Positions 8,604 to 19,208 are shown, counted from the stretch's first letter. The stretch is DNA of 63,924 nucleotides from a virus (IMGVR_UViG_3300044691_000230:1-63924); one strand, 5' to 3'. The notes: generated from the sequence alone by a model not told the origin. Translations and numbers: made by a program.

Positions 8604-9011
8604 TTAGGGGTGCCCCTTGGCCGCCACGTAGGCGATCACAGACCCTCCCGCCGCGACAAAGAACGCTCCCCAGTCCTTGAGGATCTGAAGCGCTTTTGCC
8701 CCCCCGGTGCGCTGGTGAAAATCCTCCTCCAGGGGTTCGATCCGGTCCGCCAGTCGGTTGATATTCGCCGCAAGGTTTGCGTCGGCTTCCTTCGCCTCCG
8801 ACCGCGTGCGGTCGATGGCGTGAACCACGTCGGCGCGCAGTTCGGTATGGTTGGCTTTCATCTCGGCGCGGAACTCGGCAAGTTTGACCGGAATGTTCTG
8901 TTCACCCATGACCGCCTTGAGCTGCAACACCCCGTCCCGTGCCTCGCGGGCGTCGTTGCGAATCTCGTTGAGGATATCGCGGTCGACGAACAGCCCGTTA
9001 TCGGCGGTCAT
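8604..9011 (-). CDS. Coiled-coil protein with C-terminal TM (holin/antiholin-like)
   Basis: Upstream of the endolysin; hydrophobic C-terminus. Confidence 0.5.
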   Translation of the reverse strand: MTADNGLFVDRDILNEIRNDAREARDGVLQLKAVMGEQNIPVKLAEFRAEMKANHTELRADVVHAIDRTRSEAKEADANLAANINRLADRIEPLEEDFHQRTGGAKALQILKDWGAFFVAAGGSVIAYVAAKGHP

Positions 9012-9505
9012 TTCGGCGCTTCTTTGTCCGAAAGGCATCGTCCAGAGACAGACACAAGCCGACGACGCCAGCGACTACGAACAGACCACCAATCGCCAGC
9101 AGCAAGTCCAATCCTCCACCCTCCAGGCCAAGATGCGCAAAGCAGTTCTATCGCGAATAGGATGTTCAGACATAGCTTGTAGTTGTGTGGATTTCCGGTC
9201 CAACCAAGGCGGTAGGTGACGTGCAGCATCTCCTTGTCCAGCAGAGCGAACAGGATGGCCATCTTCCACGCCGCCGGCTGAGAGGCCCAGAGCGCCCCGA
9301 CGATCGCCGCCTGAACCGCATCGGTGAACCAGTAGAAGCCGAGCGGGGAAATACCGAAGGCCAACAGCACCTTGCTCCAGGCCCACGCGCACAGCAGCAT
9401 GGCCGAGACCGTCATGGCGTCGTCCCGCTCTGATTTCAGCGCCTGCGTGCTGACGAAGAGCCCCGCGAGGCAGGCGATCAGGAATCCAAGGCTAACCCGG
9501 TCCAT
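9008..9505 (-). CDS. Multi-TM membrane protein
   Basis: Several hydrophobic helices. Confidence 0.65.
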   Translation of the reverse strand: MDRVSLGFLIACLAGLFVSTQALKSERDDAMTVSAMLLCAWAWSKVLLAFGISPLGFYWFTDAVQAAIVGALWASQPAAWKMAILFALLDKEMLHVTYRLGWTGNPHNYKLCLNILFAIELLCASWPGGWRIGLAAGDWWSVRSRWRRRLVSVSGRCLSDKEAPK

Positions 9506-9508
9506 GGC

Positions 9509-9727
9509 CTAGCTTTTTGGATCGCCATCCAGAGGCCTGATCACCGCCCCGAACGCCTGCGTCTCCAGTTCCGTCACCATCGGGTCGGCGTCTTCCAAAG
9601 CCGCTCCCAGCGCGTGGTAGGCGGCTTGCACGCGGTGCGAGGGGCGCAGCAGGGGTCCAAGCGCCAGATAGGCGGCCTTGACCTCAGCGCGCTTGGCTTC
9701 GGCTTGTTCGAGGGTGAAACTGGTCAT
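9509..9727 (-). CDS. Hypothetical protein
   Basis: RBS AAAGGA before ATG at 9727. Confidence 0.55.
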   Translation of the reverse strand: MTSFTLEQAEAKRAEVKAAYLALGPLLRPSHRVQAAYHALGAALEDADPMVTELETQAFGAVIRPLDGDPKS

Positions 9728-9737
9728 GCGGGTCCTT

Positions 9738-9920
9738 TCACTTCGCGCCGCCGTAGCGGATGGCGACATTGACCTTGCGGCGCCGGGGCGCGGGAGGAGG
9801 AGGGGGGGTGTCGTCGTTGACGATGGCGTATAGCGTCACCTTCGTGACGATGGCGTTACCCAGAGCGCCGCCGACATCGGCATAGAGATTGACCTTGGGG
9901 ACATCGATCTGGTCAACCAT
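9738..9920 (-). CDS. Small tail-module protein
   Basis: Coupled to the upstream stop; Pro/Arg-rich tail. Confidence 0.55.
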   Translation of the reverse strand: MVDQIDVPKVNLYADVGGALGNAIVTKVTLYAIVNDDTPPPPPAPRRRKVNVAIRYGGAK

Positions 9921-10915
9921 CACGTCACCGACGTATCGCCAGCTTCCACCGTCTGCGCATTGGCCGCCACCCATGCCCCGCCAAGTGTGGGATTGGTCGT
10001 CCAGCTATTGCAGCAGGCCTGGAATCCGACATCGAGATTGATCGTCGGGCCGCTGGCGTTGGCGCCGTTGACCCGGATGGTGTTCTTCAACGCGCTGGGG
10101 CCGGTGGCGGCTTTCTTGGCTCGTGAGCCGGTGAGCACTGCGACGATGTTCTTGGCGCCCAGATTGAAGCCGTTGGCGAAGAATGTCCTGACCAAAGCAG
10201 CAGAGGGAGCCCCGATGAAGTTGGCATCATTGTAGACGATCTCGTCGATATCGCTGACGTCTCCGGTCCAACCGGTGTTGACCGCACTGTTCGTATCGAT
10301 GGGGTAGGTCCAGAGGCGATCCCCAATATGGGGGGTGGAATCGCAGATGACTTGGCTCCAGGCCGCATCCGTGGACGCTCCGAACGCATCGCCGCAGGAG
10401 AACAGTTTGACCTGCGTCACGCCTGACCACGAGCTGTGGTCAAGACCGATCACGCTGAACATTTGCGTTCCAGCGGAATAGGCCGAGAACGTCCCCGCTC
10501 CACCTGCCACGATGCCAAAATCGTAAGTGTTATAGCCGACTCCAAAGGTTGGAACCGTAAAACTGCCCGCCAATGTCATCACGGCCGACTGGCGGGTGTA
10601 GAACTTCCACGTCATGGACGTCTCGCCCGTGGCGGTCATCCGCATGACTTCATTGGCGCCGTTCAGGAACTGCAGGACATAACCGTCCGTCGCCGGATCG
10701 AAGGGCAGACCCACAGCAAGATCAGCGTGGAACCAGAAGGTTGACGCCGCCGTCCATGTCGGGGATGTCATCCAGTTGCCTGACGGAATATCGATGGCGC
10801 ATCGGGCATAAGTGGCGTTGTGGGAGGCTCCGACGGATTCCACCACGGCGTTGGTGGAGGGGTCAAACGACCCCATCTCGCCGCCGCCAAAGGGAAGGAC
10901 GGTTACGGTGCTCAC
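9920..10915 (-). CDS. Beta-rich tail/receptor-binding protein
   Basis: Lectin-like beta composition; WTTNPTLGGAW C-terminal motif common in phage fibre proteins. Confidence 0.55.
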   Translation of the reverse strand: MSTVTVLPFGGGEMGSFDPSTNAVVESVGASHNATYARCAIDIPSGNWMTSPTWTAASTFWFHADLAVGLPFDPATDGYVLQFLNGANEVMRMTATGETSMTWKFYTRQSAVMTLAGSFTVPTFGVGYNTYDFGIVAGGAGTFSAYSAGTQMFSVIGLDHSSWSGVTQVKLFSCGDAFGASTDAAWSQVICDSTPHIGDRLWTYPIDTNSAVNTGWTGDVSDIDEIVYNDANFIGAPSAALVRTFFANGFNLGAKNIVAVLTGSRAKKAATGPSALKNTIRVNGANASGPTINLDVGFQACCNSWTTNPTLGGAWVAANAQTVEAGDTSVT

Positions 10916-11595
10916 GTGGCAATCCCCGTGACCGTCCAGCCGACATTGGCGATGGTGGCGTCAGGGGCGACCTGGGCGATGAACTCCAGATAGTCCCCCG
11001 CCGCCAGATCGATTTCTGCCCCCGCCGTGGTGGCGAAGGTGAACACGCCGGTCGTGTGGTTGATGGTGATCGTGCCCACTGGGGCGGTGTTCTTGTTCAC
11101 CGTGATCACGAAATCGGCCGTCGGCAGGATCAGGCATTTGCCGTGCGCCTTGGCCAGACCCGCTGAGGTTCCATCGAAGTTGCCGTATATCTTCAGCGCC
11201 CGGGTGGCGACGAAGAGGCCCATGACCTCGCTGGCCAGGGGAGGGGTTCCCCCCAGGAACTCAAACGGCTGGTCGAAATAGGTGGCGTTGGCGGTGAACC
11301 ATGCCTCAACCACAGGGTCGTAGGTGCCGATCTCGACGGCGGGACCGGGATCGCTGGCGGTCGTCAGGACGACTTTGTACGTGATCGCCGGATCGAGGAA
11401 GATATCCGGCCACCGCCCGGCGTCATCCGCGACAACCGGATTGGCGTTCGGGACCGTCAGGGCGAAATCAGCGTAGGTGGCGGCGCGGGTGTTGCTGGTC
11501 GTCAGGTAGAAATTTAGCTCAGACCCAGGAACCGGGACACCCGCAGGGTCCACGACGTTCGCGAAGGGCATGTAAAACCGGGGTCCGCTCGCCAC
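10912..11595 (-). CDS. Tail adaptor with P22 tailspike head-binding-like N-terminus
   Basis: GVPVPGSELNFY..TY.D..VPNANPVVADDAGR..IFL..YKVVL. Confidence 0.7.
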   Translation of the reverse strand: MASGPRFYMPFANVVDPAGVPVPGSELNFYLTTSNTRAATYADFALTVPNANPVVADDAGRWPDIFLDPAITYKVVLTTASDPGPAVEIGTYDPVVEAWFTANATYFDQPFEFLGGTPPLASEVMGLFVATRALKIYGNFDGTSAGLAKAHGKCLILPTADFVITVNKNTAPVGTITINHTTGVFTFATTAGAEIDLAAGDYLEFIAQVAPDATIANVGWTVTGIAT

Positions 11596-11619
11596 TGCTT
11601 TCGCTCACGATCTGTGATT

Positions 11620-11675
11620 GTGGCGCAGTGCCTTCGCCCTGGCCATGCCTAGCACGCGCCGCCCCGAATGCAAAA
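11620..11675 (-). promoter_or_regulatory. Putative late promoter plus GGCG-AAGGCACTG-CGCC hairpin
   Basis: 21 nt identical to 18703-18723; TTGCAT..TAGGCA upstream on the - strand. Confidence 0.55.
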
Positions 11676-11677
11676 GC

Positions 11678-14578
11678 TTACGGCTGGTTGGCGGTCCCGA
11701 CGGCAGCGCGGACGCTGATCCGCAAGGCATTGGCCAGCCCATCCCCGGCCCGGCGCGTCTTTGTCGTCTTGGCCAGCAGCTCGCGCATCACGGCGGGATG
11801 AAGAAGGGCTTGAGCCACGAGGTCCTGCACGCGGTTGATGCCGGTTTCCCGCATGGCCAGGACCAGGTTCGCGCCCACCCATCCAGCAACACCGCCAATG
11901 GGACCATGCGCTAACGCTCCTCCGGTTCCCACAAGACCGCTCAACAGGTTGCGGACCACGGCAGGTGTGGCCTTGCCTCCCGCTGCAGCCGTGAGGTCCT
12001 GCATGGTATTGGACTGCCCCTTGATCTTGGTGGCGTTCTGCGACCGTGCTCCACGTTGCAGTTCGCGCGCCAGGCGTTCAAAACTCTCGACCTTCTCGTC
12101 AGGGAATAGCGCCTCCAAGCCTTCCTTGTTGGTGCGCACGAAGGTCTGGAAGGCGTCGGATTTCAGGGCTGAGACCCCCGTGGTTCCCGCTTCGGTGTTG
12201 CCGATGTACTTGTCCGCGACGTGATCGACCACCGCTTGGCGAAGTCCCTCCACAGCATCAGGTCCAGCCTTCTGCGCTTCCGCAAAGAGCCCTTTCAGGT
12301 CCGCAACCGCCGTCTTGGACCCCATGATGTTGCCCACGGTGCGCACGATGTCCTGTCCGCTGGTCAGATGCATGACGCGGCCCAAGGCGCCGGCCTGATA
12401 GGCTTTCAGCGCCAGGGTTCGGGAGGCCCCAGCCGCCGTGATCACCTTGGCGGCGTCGGCGGCATTGGCGAACCGGCTGCGAATGTCATCGGGAAGCGCC
12501 CGCAAGGCGTCGGCATGACGCGAGGCCCACACCTGATACTTGGCCGGATCAAGCGTGCCATCGGTGCGCATGGCGGCTCTGCGAAGGCTGGAAGCGGCGT
12601 AATCGACCATGACGGGAAGCGACTTCTCAGGCCCCACCGCCTTGAATAGCGCCTGCATGTCGTTGAAGCCGTTGGGACCGGGATGGAAGAACTTGCCCGC
12701 CACCAGACCCTCAGGAAGGCGGAAGAGACCACCTGACCCCGCTGTTACGGAGCTGATGGGAGGCGCACCAAAGCGGGCCTTATAGCCGGCGTACTCCGCT
12801 GTCGCCGCATTCATGCGCGCCAACGCGGCGGGGTCTATGGTTGGAGCATTAGGCGGTAGTCCCGTATCGCCTGGAGCACCGGCAAGTCCGCCCTCCGGCG
12901 GAAGTCCTGTTCCATCAGGGCCAGCATGGATGGGTGCTCCGACAGCGGGAACCCCTTCAGTTGGTCCGCCACCGCCTGTCCGGGCCTGGGTTTGCTGCTG
13001 ACGGTATTCATCCACCCATGCCTGAATGCGCGCCGCCGTCGAATCGGCGAGCGGAAGAACCCCACGATCAACTGCGCCGCTCTCATTCGCAATCTGGTGT
13101 GCGATGGTGGTGGCCAGATTGTCCTGAATAGCGGACTTCAACATCGTCAGACGTCGTAGAGACTGCGGGTCTCCAGTCGGAAGCTGCTGGCGGCGCATCT
13201 CGGCGGAAACCCGGCTGCGCATGTCCATGATGTCGCTGAGCGGCGACAACGGTTTGAGGGCCTGCGCCGCATCGAAGATCGCCGCTTCCTCGCCTTCCAT
13301 GGGCTTGGCGGCTTGGCCGATGGAAGAGCGGATATCCCCGGCTTCCCGAATGGTCTGCTGCGCGTTGCCCAGCATGTCGTGGTTGGGGTCGATCGCCTCG
13401 TAAAGCCCCCGCATCCGCACCTTCTCGGCCGTCTCGGCTTGCAGGACCGCTGTCCGGGTCGCCTCGCCATAGCCTTCCGGGGTTCCCTCACCACCGATGT
13501 TGGCCGCTGTCCGTGCGGTATTCGTGGCGCGGTCCAGATCAGCCTGCGTCCTCGCGTCCAGGGCGTCGAAGTTGGCGCGCAGACCTGATGTCAGGGCGTT
13601 GGGATCACCCCCGGCTTGGATCGATTGCAGTTCGGTGGTCCGCGCGACGTTCTGTTGCGCCTCACGAGCGAGAAAGGGAACCGCGTTGCGCGTGGCTGCG
13701 GCTCGTTCCGCCGCCCCTAGCCCTAAGTCTCCGCTCTGCTGGAAGCTGGTCGGTTCGGAACCGGGGACGATGTAGTCGGGTCCTCCTGCGACCGAAGCGC
13801 GCACAGCGGCTGGATCGGTCGCAGCGGCGGTGAGTTGACGGGCGGCTGCTCGAGCAACGGGGGAGTTGCCAGCAGCCAGAGCTCCAGCGTTGCCCTCGTT
13901 GACGGCCGGTCCCATCGCCGTCGTGAAGGGCTCCGCAACCCCTCCAACGCCCCGTGCAATCGCTCCGGGGGTTTCGATGGCCCCGTGGGTCGCCAAACCG
14001 CCCAGCACGGCTCCAGCGACGCCTGCTACGGGCTTGAGGGCCTCCGGTGCAGCCTCCTGGGCTTCAGCGCTCGCTGCCCCAGCGCCAGCCCCAATGGTGA
14101 GGTTGCGCATCATCTGACCCACGGTCAGCGCCGCGCCCTCTCCAGCGCCTGCAAGCCCACCGCCGAAGATCGTTCCACCAACCCCCGCCCCAGCCCCGCG
14201 CTGAAGCCGCCCCATCGTCGTGGCTGGCGGGGTTTCGACCCATGTCTTGGCGGGACCTGTGAAGGTCGATTGCGTCGACAGCCTGCCGGTCCCAAGGTCG
14301 GTGCGGATGGGGGTCTTGGGCGCACCTGCTGGAGCCGTGGCCGCGCGGATCAGATCGCCGATGGTGTCCGTCGCGGTGGCCACATTCCCCAGGATCGTCT
14401 TTGGATCTGGAAACGTGACGTCGCGGATTGAGCGCAAGGTCGCTTCGCCGCCCTCCGCGATACCACGCCAGAACTGGCCTTGGTCGGTGGCGTTCGTGGT
14501 CGCCATCGGGGACCATGGATCGCCGCTCGACGCGGATGACGCAGGGGGCGCAGCGACGGGAGACCAAGGATCGGCCAT
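11678..14578 (-). CDS. Large internal virion/DNA-ejection protein
   Basis: 966 aa, Ala/Gly-rich; MADPW start; follows the other ejection genes. Confidence 0.7.
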   Translation of the reverse strand: MADPWSPVAAPPASSASSGDPWSPMATTNATDQGQFWRGIAEGGEATLRSIRDVTFPDPKTILGNVATATDTIGDLIRAATAPAGAPKTPIRTDLGTGRLSTQSTFTGPAKTWVETPPATTMGRLQRGAGAGVGGTIFGGGLAGAGEGAALTVGQMMRNLTIGAGAGAASAEAQEAAPEALKPVAGVAGAVLGGLATHGAIETPGAIARGVGGVAEPFTTAMGPAVNEGNAGALAAGNSPVARAAARQLTAAATDPAAVRASVAGGPDYIVPGSEPTSFQQSGDLGLGAAERAAATRNAVPFLAREAQQNVARTTELQSIQAGGDPNALTSGLRANFDALDARTQADLDRATNTARTAANIGGEGTPEGYGEATRTAVLQAETAEKVRMRGLYEAIDPNHDMLGNAQQTIREAGDIRSSIGQAAKPMEGEEAAIFDAAQALKPLSPLSDIMDMRSRVSAEMRRQQLPTGDPQSLRRLTMLKSAIQDNLATTIAHQIANESGAVDRGVLPLADSTAARIQAWVDEYRQQQTQARTGGGGPTEGVPAVGAPIHAGPDGTGLPPEGGLAGAPGDTGLPPNAPTIDPAALARMNAATAEYAGYKARFGAPPISSVTAGSGGLFRLPEGLVAGKFFHPGPNGFNDMQALFKAVGPEKSLPVMVDYAASSLRRAAMRTDGTLDPAKYQVWASRHADALRALPDDIRSRFANAADAAKVITAAGASRTLALKAYQAGALGRVMHLTSGQDIVRTVGNIMGSKTAVADLKGLFAEAQKAGPDAVEGLRQAVVDHVADKYIGNTEAGTTGVSALKSDAFQTFVRTNKEGLEALFPDEKVESFERLARELQRGARSQNATKIKGQSNTMQDLTAAAGGKATPAVVRNLLSGLVGTGGALAHGPIGGVAGWVGANLVLAMRETGINRVQDLVAQALLHPAVMRELLAKTTKTRRAGDGLANALRISVRAAVGTANQP

Positions 14579-16950
14579 CAGTGGAAGCTCTGGATAACGT
14601 CGCTGCCCTGCAGGTAGAACTGATGTCCAGAGTTGGCGGGGTTCTTCGATGCCGCCAACGCCTGATCGCGCGTGAAGATCGGTGTATGCCCATTGGGACC
14701 AAACCCAACGGTTCCAGCTGGCGCAGGCGCTGCGGAAGTCCCGGCATCGGCGACCTGTTGAGGAAGCCCCTGCAATCTCGCCAACGCAGAGGCCGAATGC
14801 GGCGACAGCCCTGGGATGGTCTTGTTGGATGTACCCATGCCGGTGTTGTACTGGTCGGTCAGAGCATCGATGCGCGAGCCAAGCAGGCTGGCGGCTTCCT
14901 TCACGGCGGCATGGAGAGCGGCGGGGCTATCGGCCTGATCGAACCGCTTCATCCAGTACTGGATATCTGCCTCCGCGCCGCCGGACCCTCTGAGGGACTT
15001 AACCATCTCAGAGGTGACAGCGCCCTTGACGGTGTTGAAATTGGCGATCGCCGCCTGAGTGTGCATGTCACCCGTGAGTTGGCCGATGCGCTGGGCGGGA
15101 GCGTTCCACCATGAGAACGGCGTATTCCCCAAGGCGTCGATGGCGTGGTCCATCTGCTCAAGGTGGCCAATGGCGGTGTTGTACGAGGTGATATTACGCC
15201 CTTCCTGACCCGACGTGAACGCCGCGCGGGTCTTGGCGCGGGCGTTGTAGTCCGACTGGTTGAAGGTTGGATCATACTGCGCCACCAGACCGATCATCTT
15301 CTGCCAGAACGGCTTGGTGAGCGCGAAGCCGGATGGGAACTGCATCCGGCCGTCCGCCAGCGCCTGGACCTGGGTGGCGATGTTGGGTGGCAACGTCTTG
15401 AGGTAGTCGGCGCCGTGGACATCGGAGCCAATACCGCCAGAAGCGCCGCCAGTCTGCGCCCCACCCATGGTCGACGCCACGGTTCCACCAGCGGTTCCAC
15501 CCATGCCGCTGTAGCGCCCCGCAATGGAGGTCGCGAACTGACCCGCCGTCATGGATGCCCACTGTGGGTTGGCCTTGAGTTCGCGGGGAGACAGAATGCT
15601 CGACATCGGCGTATCGGGGGTCGAGCCCAGCACCTGAATGGCGTTTGCAGGTCCCACGGCGTGCGCCATACCCAAGGTTGCCGGATTGATCGGCTCGCCC
15701 GCACTGGTCAGAGCCGCCGCGTTCTCGTTGGCGTAGTCGCCCACCATCTCCCGTGAGAGCTTGGGGTCGGTCTTCATGGCGATGATCTGCGCGTCGGACT
15801 TGCCGGCGGTCAGGTCCGAATGGTTGGCCTTCATCAAGCGAAGCCACGTGGCATCCACGAATTGCCCTGCCCCCGTGGCGCTCGACTTGGGATTACGGGC
15901 GTTGGCCGCGCCGCCGGACTCCGCCCCAACCGTGCGGTCGATGTAGGACGCCATTGGGAAGGCTTGCGTTCCTCCCGCAGTTCCCGCATCGCCAGACGTC
16001 AGTTTCCCGGTAGTCGTATCGAGGATGTAGGGACGCATGTTGTCGTCCATCGACCCTGGAATCGCCTGGTACTTGCTGGTCGGCTGGGTGAGTTGCGTCA
16101 CTGTTCCGTCGCGGTTCATGCGGTAGAGCACGCCGCCGACTTCCTTGACCTCGCCTTGAGGCTTGGCCAGCGGAATTCCCGCATCCTGGGCTGATATGGC
16201 TTGGCGCAGATAAATATCGTGCTGGACGATCTCCGGCGCCAGGGTCTGGATCTCTTGCAGCCAGTTGGTGCCCTTGTACTGCGGGACGCCCAGGTTCTGA
16301 GCTTCCTGATCGAAGGTAGCTTGCGGGTTGGAGGAGTTTTGAACCCTGTCGATGGCGGCGCGCAGGACGTCGAAGTGCGCCAGCATCTGCTTTTGCTGCG
16401 CCAGCGGCATGTTGGCGTAGAGCGTCTGGGGGTCTGTTCTACCGCCTTGGGCTGGTGCCCCCGCCAGTTGGCTTTGGCTTCCAGCGATCCCGGTCTGATC
16501 GCCCAACGCCGCGAGGGCCGATTGAGGCGTGGAGGCTGAAAACGCACTGGTCACCCGGCCTTGGAGTTGCGGGCTGTAGTGGCCGACCAGTTGCAGGGCT
16601 TGGTCTCCAGCCCCTGCCGCTGCGGCTTTCTTCAGCGCTTCGTCCCACTTGGTCGCTGCGTCAGGATCGTTCGGATCGACGGCTGAGGCGGCATTGGCGA
16701 TCAACGTGCGGGCGATCGCCGCTTGGCGCAGCGGATGGGACTCGTTGGCCTCGGTCAGGTCCAGGGCGGACTTGCCCGCCTCTGAGGCTCCCAGACTGGC
16801 CCGCGACTGCGCCAACGAGACCTCGCTGGGCAGTGTCTGCGCCGCAAGCTGGCTTTTCGAGGTCGCAAGGCTCGCGTTCGCCAGATCCGATTGGATCTCC
16901 GTCGGGGTCTCGACGTTGAGCGCGACTAACTGTCCGCCGTAACCGGCCAT
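14578..16950 (-). CDS. Ejection protein with lytic transglycosylase-like domain
   Basis: AESGGAANARNPKSSATGAGQFVDATW motif. Confidence 0.75.
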   Translation of the reverse strand: MAGYGGQLVALNVETPTEIQSDLANASLATSKSQLAAQTLPSEVSLAQSRASLGASEAGKSALDLTEANESHPLRQAAIARTLIANAASAVDPNDPDAATKWDEALKKAAAAGAGDQALQLVGHYSPQLQGRVTSAFSASTPQSALAALGDQTGIAGSQSQLAGAPAQGGRTDPQTLYANMPLAQQKQMLAHFDVLRAAIDRVQNSSNPQATFDQEAQNLGVPQYKGTNWLQEIQTLAPEIVQHDIYLRQAISAQDAGIPLAKPQGEVKEVGGVLYRMNRDGTVTQLTQPTSKYQAIPGSMDDNMRPYILDTTTGKLTSGDAGTAGGTQAFPMASYIDRTVGAESGGAANARNPKSSATGAGQFVDATWLRLMKANHSDLTAGKSDAQIIAMKTDPKLSREMVGDYANENAAALTSAGEPINPATLGMAHAVGPANAIQVLGSTPDTPMSSILSPRELKANPQWASMTAGQFATSIAGRYSGMGGTAGGTVASTMGGAQTGGASGGIGSDVHGADYLKTLPPNIATQVQALADGRMQFPSGFALTKPFWQKMIGLVAQYDPTFNQSDYNARAKTRAAFTSGQEGRNITSYNTAIGHLEQMDHAIDALGNTPFSWWNAPAQRIGQLTGDMHTQAAIANFNTVKGAVTSEMVKSLRGSGGAEADIQYWMKRFDQADSPAALHAAVKEAASLLGSRIDALTDQYNTGMGTSNKTIPGLSPHSASALARLQGLPQQVADAGTSAAPAPAGTVGFGPNGHTPIFTRDQALAASKNPANSGHQFYLQGSDVIQSFH

Positions 16951-16953
16951 GGT

Positions 16954-17172
16954 TTACCCCTGTGCGTCCCCAGGCGCGCCGCCTGGAGGCATTCCGCCGG
17001 TCCCAGCCCCAGGAGCATCGAATGCCTGCGACGGGTCTGGCGCACCGCTCCCAGCCCCAGCGCTGAAGGCTGCGGGACCCTGCGGGAAGGCGCTCTTGCC
17101 CGCGACGTTGATCTTGCGCGCGCGGAAGCGGGGTTTGGATGGGCCGTGGCTTGAGCCTTTGGGCATCTTCAT
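16954..17172 (-). CDS. Small low-complexity protein
   Basis: RBS AAGGAG before ATG at 17172; fills the gap between ejection genes. Confidence 0.55.
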   Translation of the reverse strand: MKMPKGSSHGPSKPRFRARKINVAGKSAFPQGPAAFSAGAGSGAPDPSQAFDAPGAGTGGMPPGGAPGDAQG

Positions 17173-17185
17173 CGGGTCGTGCTCC

Positions 17186-17896
17186 TTAGAACGGGACTTC
17201 GCCGCCGGCGTAACTGCCGCTGTAGTAGTTGCCACTGGCGGCGAGTTGCGAGCCGGCGCTGGCGGCAGCATTGTTGCCATAGGACGAAATGAGATTTCCG
17301 AGGCCGCCCAAGCCTTGATTGATCGAATTGGTGACGCCCACCTGACCCGCCGCTGTCGCCTGTCCTGCCGCCAGTTGGGAAGAGGCGACGCCCTGCCCAG
17401 TGGTGACACCGGCATTGCCGACCCTGGCCCCGGCGTCCTCGCCCAGGCTGGAGAGGCTGTTGAGTTGGGAGACGTACGGGTTCCACGCCTGCTGCATGGC
17501 GTAGTTGTTGCCGAACTGCTGGGTGGCCTGAAGCTGAGCCCCCGAGAGCGCCAGACCCCGAGAGGCGGCGCTCCTATCCAGGGCCTGAACACCTTGGTTG
17601 AGCCCGAACTGATAGCCGGGAAATTGCGTGAGGGCGGATGTAGCCGCAGCGGCGTTCGGGGTGCCGCTTCCCCCTGGTCCGATGCCCCACAGGTTGGCCA
17701 GTTGCGACAGCGCCGCCGAGCCCGTGGTCATGTAGGGCATCAGGTCGGTGCGGGTCTGGTTGTACATCTGCAACTGGGTCGCAGCGGCTTGGTTGGCGGC
17801 ATTGGCCTGGGTATTGGCGGCCGACTGCGCGCCATGAGCGCTGATGACGGCGCTTCCGATGCCGATTGCGGCGGGGATTAGGGCAACTAGTGGCAT
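17186..17896 (-). CDS. P22 gp7-like DNA-transfer (pilot) protein
   Basis: Gln/Ala/Gly-rich; PGYQFGLNQG..SAASRG..LSG. Confidence 0.75.
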   Translation of the reverse strand: MPLVALIPAAIGIGSAVISAHGAQSAANTQANAANQAAATQLQMYNQTRTDLMPYMTTGSAALSQLANLWGIGPGGSGTPNAAAATSALTQFPGYQFGLNQGVQALDRSAASRGLALSGAQLQATQQFGNNYAMQQAWNPYVSQLNSLSSLGEDAGARVGNAGVTTGQGVASSQLAAGQATAAGQVGVTNSINQGLGGLGNLISSYGNNAAASAGSQLAASGNYYSGSYAGGEVPF

Positions 17897-18345
17897 GTCT
17901 TTCTCCCAGCCGGGGATGAGGTCCAGGCGTCACGGGTCAGGAACCAACTACGAGCCTCGCCGAAGTCCGACGGCTCCATGGTTCCGATGGGCACAAAACC
18001 GAACGAGAGCGGAGGACGCGAGTGTTTGTTCGCGGCCATCTCATAGGTGATCACCATCTGACATCCGGCCGTGAAGAACACGAACCCGAACGCCTCCTTG
18101 GCGGCGGTGTTGACCTCGCGCCCCCATCCGTCAGGCTTGAACAGGGTGTGGAGTTCGCAGACACGGCCGAAGCCGTCGCAGCGGCGGAAGAGAAAGCCGC
18201 CGTGATCCGCCGCCAACGGCAAAAGGCCCGGTTGACTGATGATGGCCGTGATCTGTTCAGCACTGTAATGCCCCATCACCTCAGCAACCTGAGGGTGGCT
18301 GGCGACATCAAACCAGAAGGCGGGGTTTCGTTCGACGCGGATCAC
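17887..18345 (-). CDS. GNAT-like protein (P22 gp14-like position)
   Basis: CELHTLF..GWGR..GF; GTG start coupled to the upstream stop. Confidence 0.6.
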   Translation of the reverse strand: MIRVERNPAFWFDVASHPQVAEVMGHYSAEQITAIISQPGLLPLAADHGGFLFRRCDGFGRVCELHTLFKPDGWGREVNTAAKEAFGFVFFTAGCQMVITYEMAANKHSRPPLSFGFVPIGTMEPSDFGEARSWFLTRDAWTSSPAGRKTCH

Positions 18346-18680
18346 GGAGAGTACGTCCTTCCGCTCGCCGAGAGGTTCAGCTTGGCCGCCGTGCTGGCCA
18401 GGGCGTAGATCATATCCCCCACTCCAAGGGTTTGCCCAATCAACGGCCACGCGTCCCACGACTCCAGCGGTTGGAGCGCGCGGACGGGCTGGATGATGTT
18501 GGCGCTGGTCGGAGCCCCACCGGCGGGAACCCAATAGAGGGTGACGCTGTACGGTGTGGCTGCGTCGGGGTTACTCACATTGAGTTTGTCGATCGTCGTC
18601 CGCAGCGTGGCGGTGAAGTACAGCGTCGCCACGTTGGCGATCTGCACCGGCTCGATGATCGGTAGGATGATGACGGACAC
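18342..18680 (-). CDS. Small beta-rich virion protein
   Basis: RBS AGGAG; beta-sandwich pattern. Confidence 0.65.
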   Translation of the reverse strand: MSVIILPIIEPVQIANVATLYFTATLRTTIDKLNVSNPDAATPYSVTLYWVPAGGAPTSANIIQPVRALQPLESWDAWPLIGQTLGVGDMIYALASTAAKLNLSASGRTYSP

Positions 18681-18702
18681 TGGCGCTCCTGGCCTAACCC
18701 AA

Positions 18703-18760
18703 GTGGCGCAGTGCCTTCGCCCTCCAACGCATGGCTAACATGAACCTTGGGCTTATGTCA
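18703..18760 (-). promoter_or_regulatory. Putative late promoter plus AAGGCACTG hairpin
   Basis: Second copy of the motif; GTGACA..TAGCCA upstream. Confidence 0.5.
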
Positions 18761-19208
18761 CGACGAAGAGCACGGGGCGCACGCCAGCGGAGGGGGAGAA
18801 GAAGGCGTAGGCCGAGCGGGCGCGGGGCGGAAGGTCGTCGGGGAGGTCGTCAAAGCGGGATGTCGTGCGCCGCCATGTGGGGGATGATGCTGGCGAGGAG
18901 ACACCCGAGACGAAACGTCGTTGCGGGGGCCTCCAGTCATCGTCCGGCGGATCGAGGAGCGGCAGGCGGCGGAAGGTTGGCGTAGCGACGACCGGCGCGA
19001 CGTTCCCGGGCGAGGAGGTCAGTCGGCGCCGGGCAAGGGGGTCGTCATCGTCGCGATCTCCAGCGGTCTTGAATGACGCTTTGCCATTGGCGAACGATGG
19101 CGCGGGGACCGAACCGAACGCGAACTTGACCGCGTTGCCGCCCGGCGCGGTGTATCCTCCGACGAAGTTGAAGTTGACGGCGTTACCGGCGGGCGGCGCG
19201 TAGGGCAT
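18753..19208 (-). CDS. Tail-module protein
   Basis: Repeated Y.(A/P)P.GNAV.F.F N-terminus; Arg/Pro-rich remainder. Confidence 0.6.
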   Translation of the reverse strand: MPYAPPAGNAVNFNFVGGYTAPGGNAVKFAFGSVPAPSFANGKASFKTAGDRDDDDPLARRRLTSSPGNVAPVVATPTFRRLPLLDPPDDDWRPPQRRFVSGVSSPASSPTWRRTTSRFDDLPDDLPPRARSAYAFFSPSAGVRPVLFVVT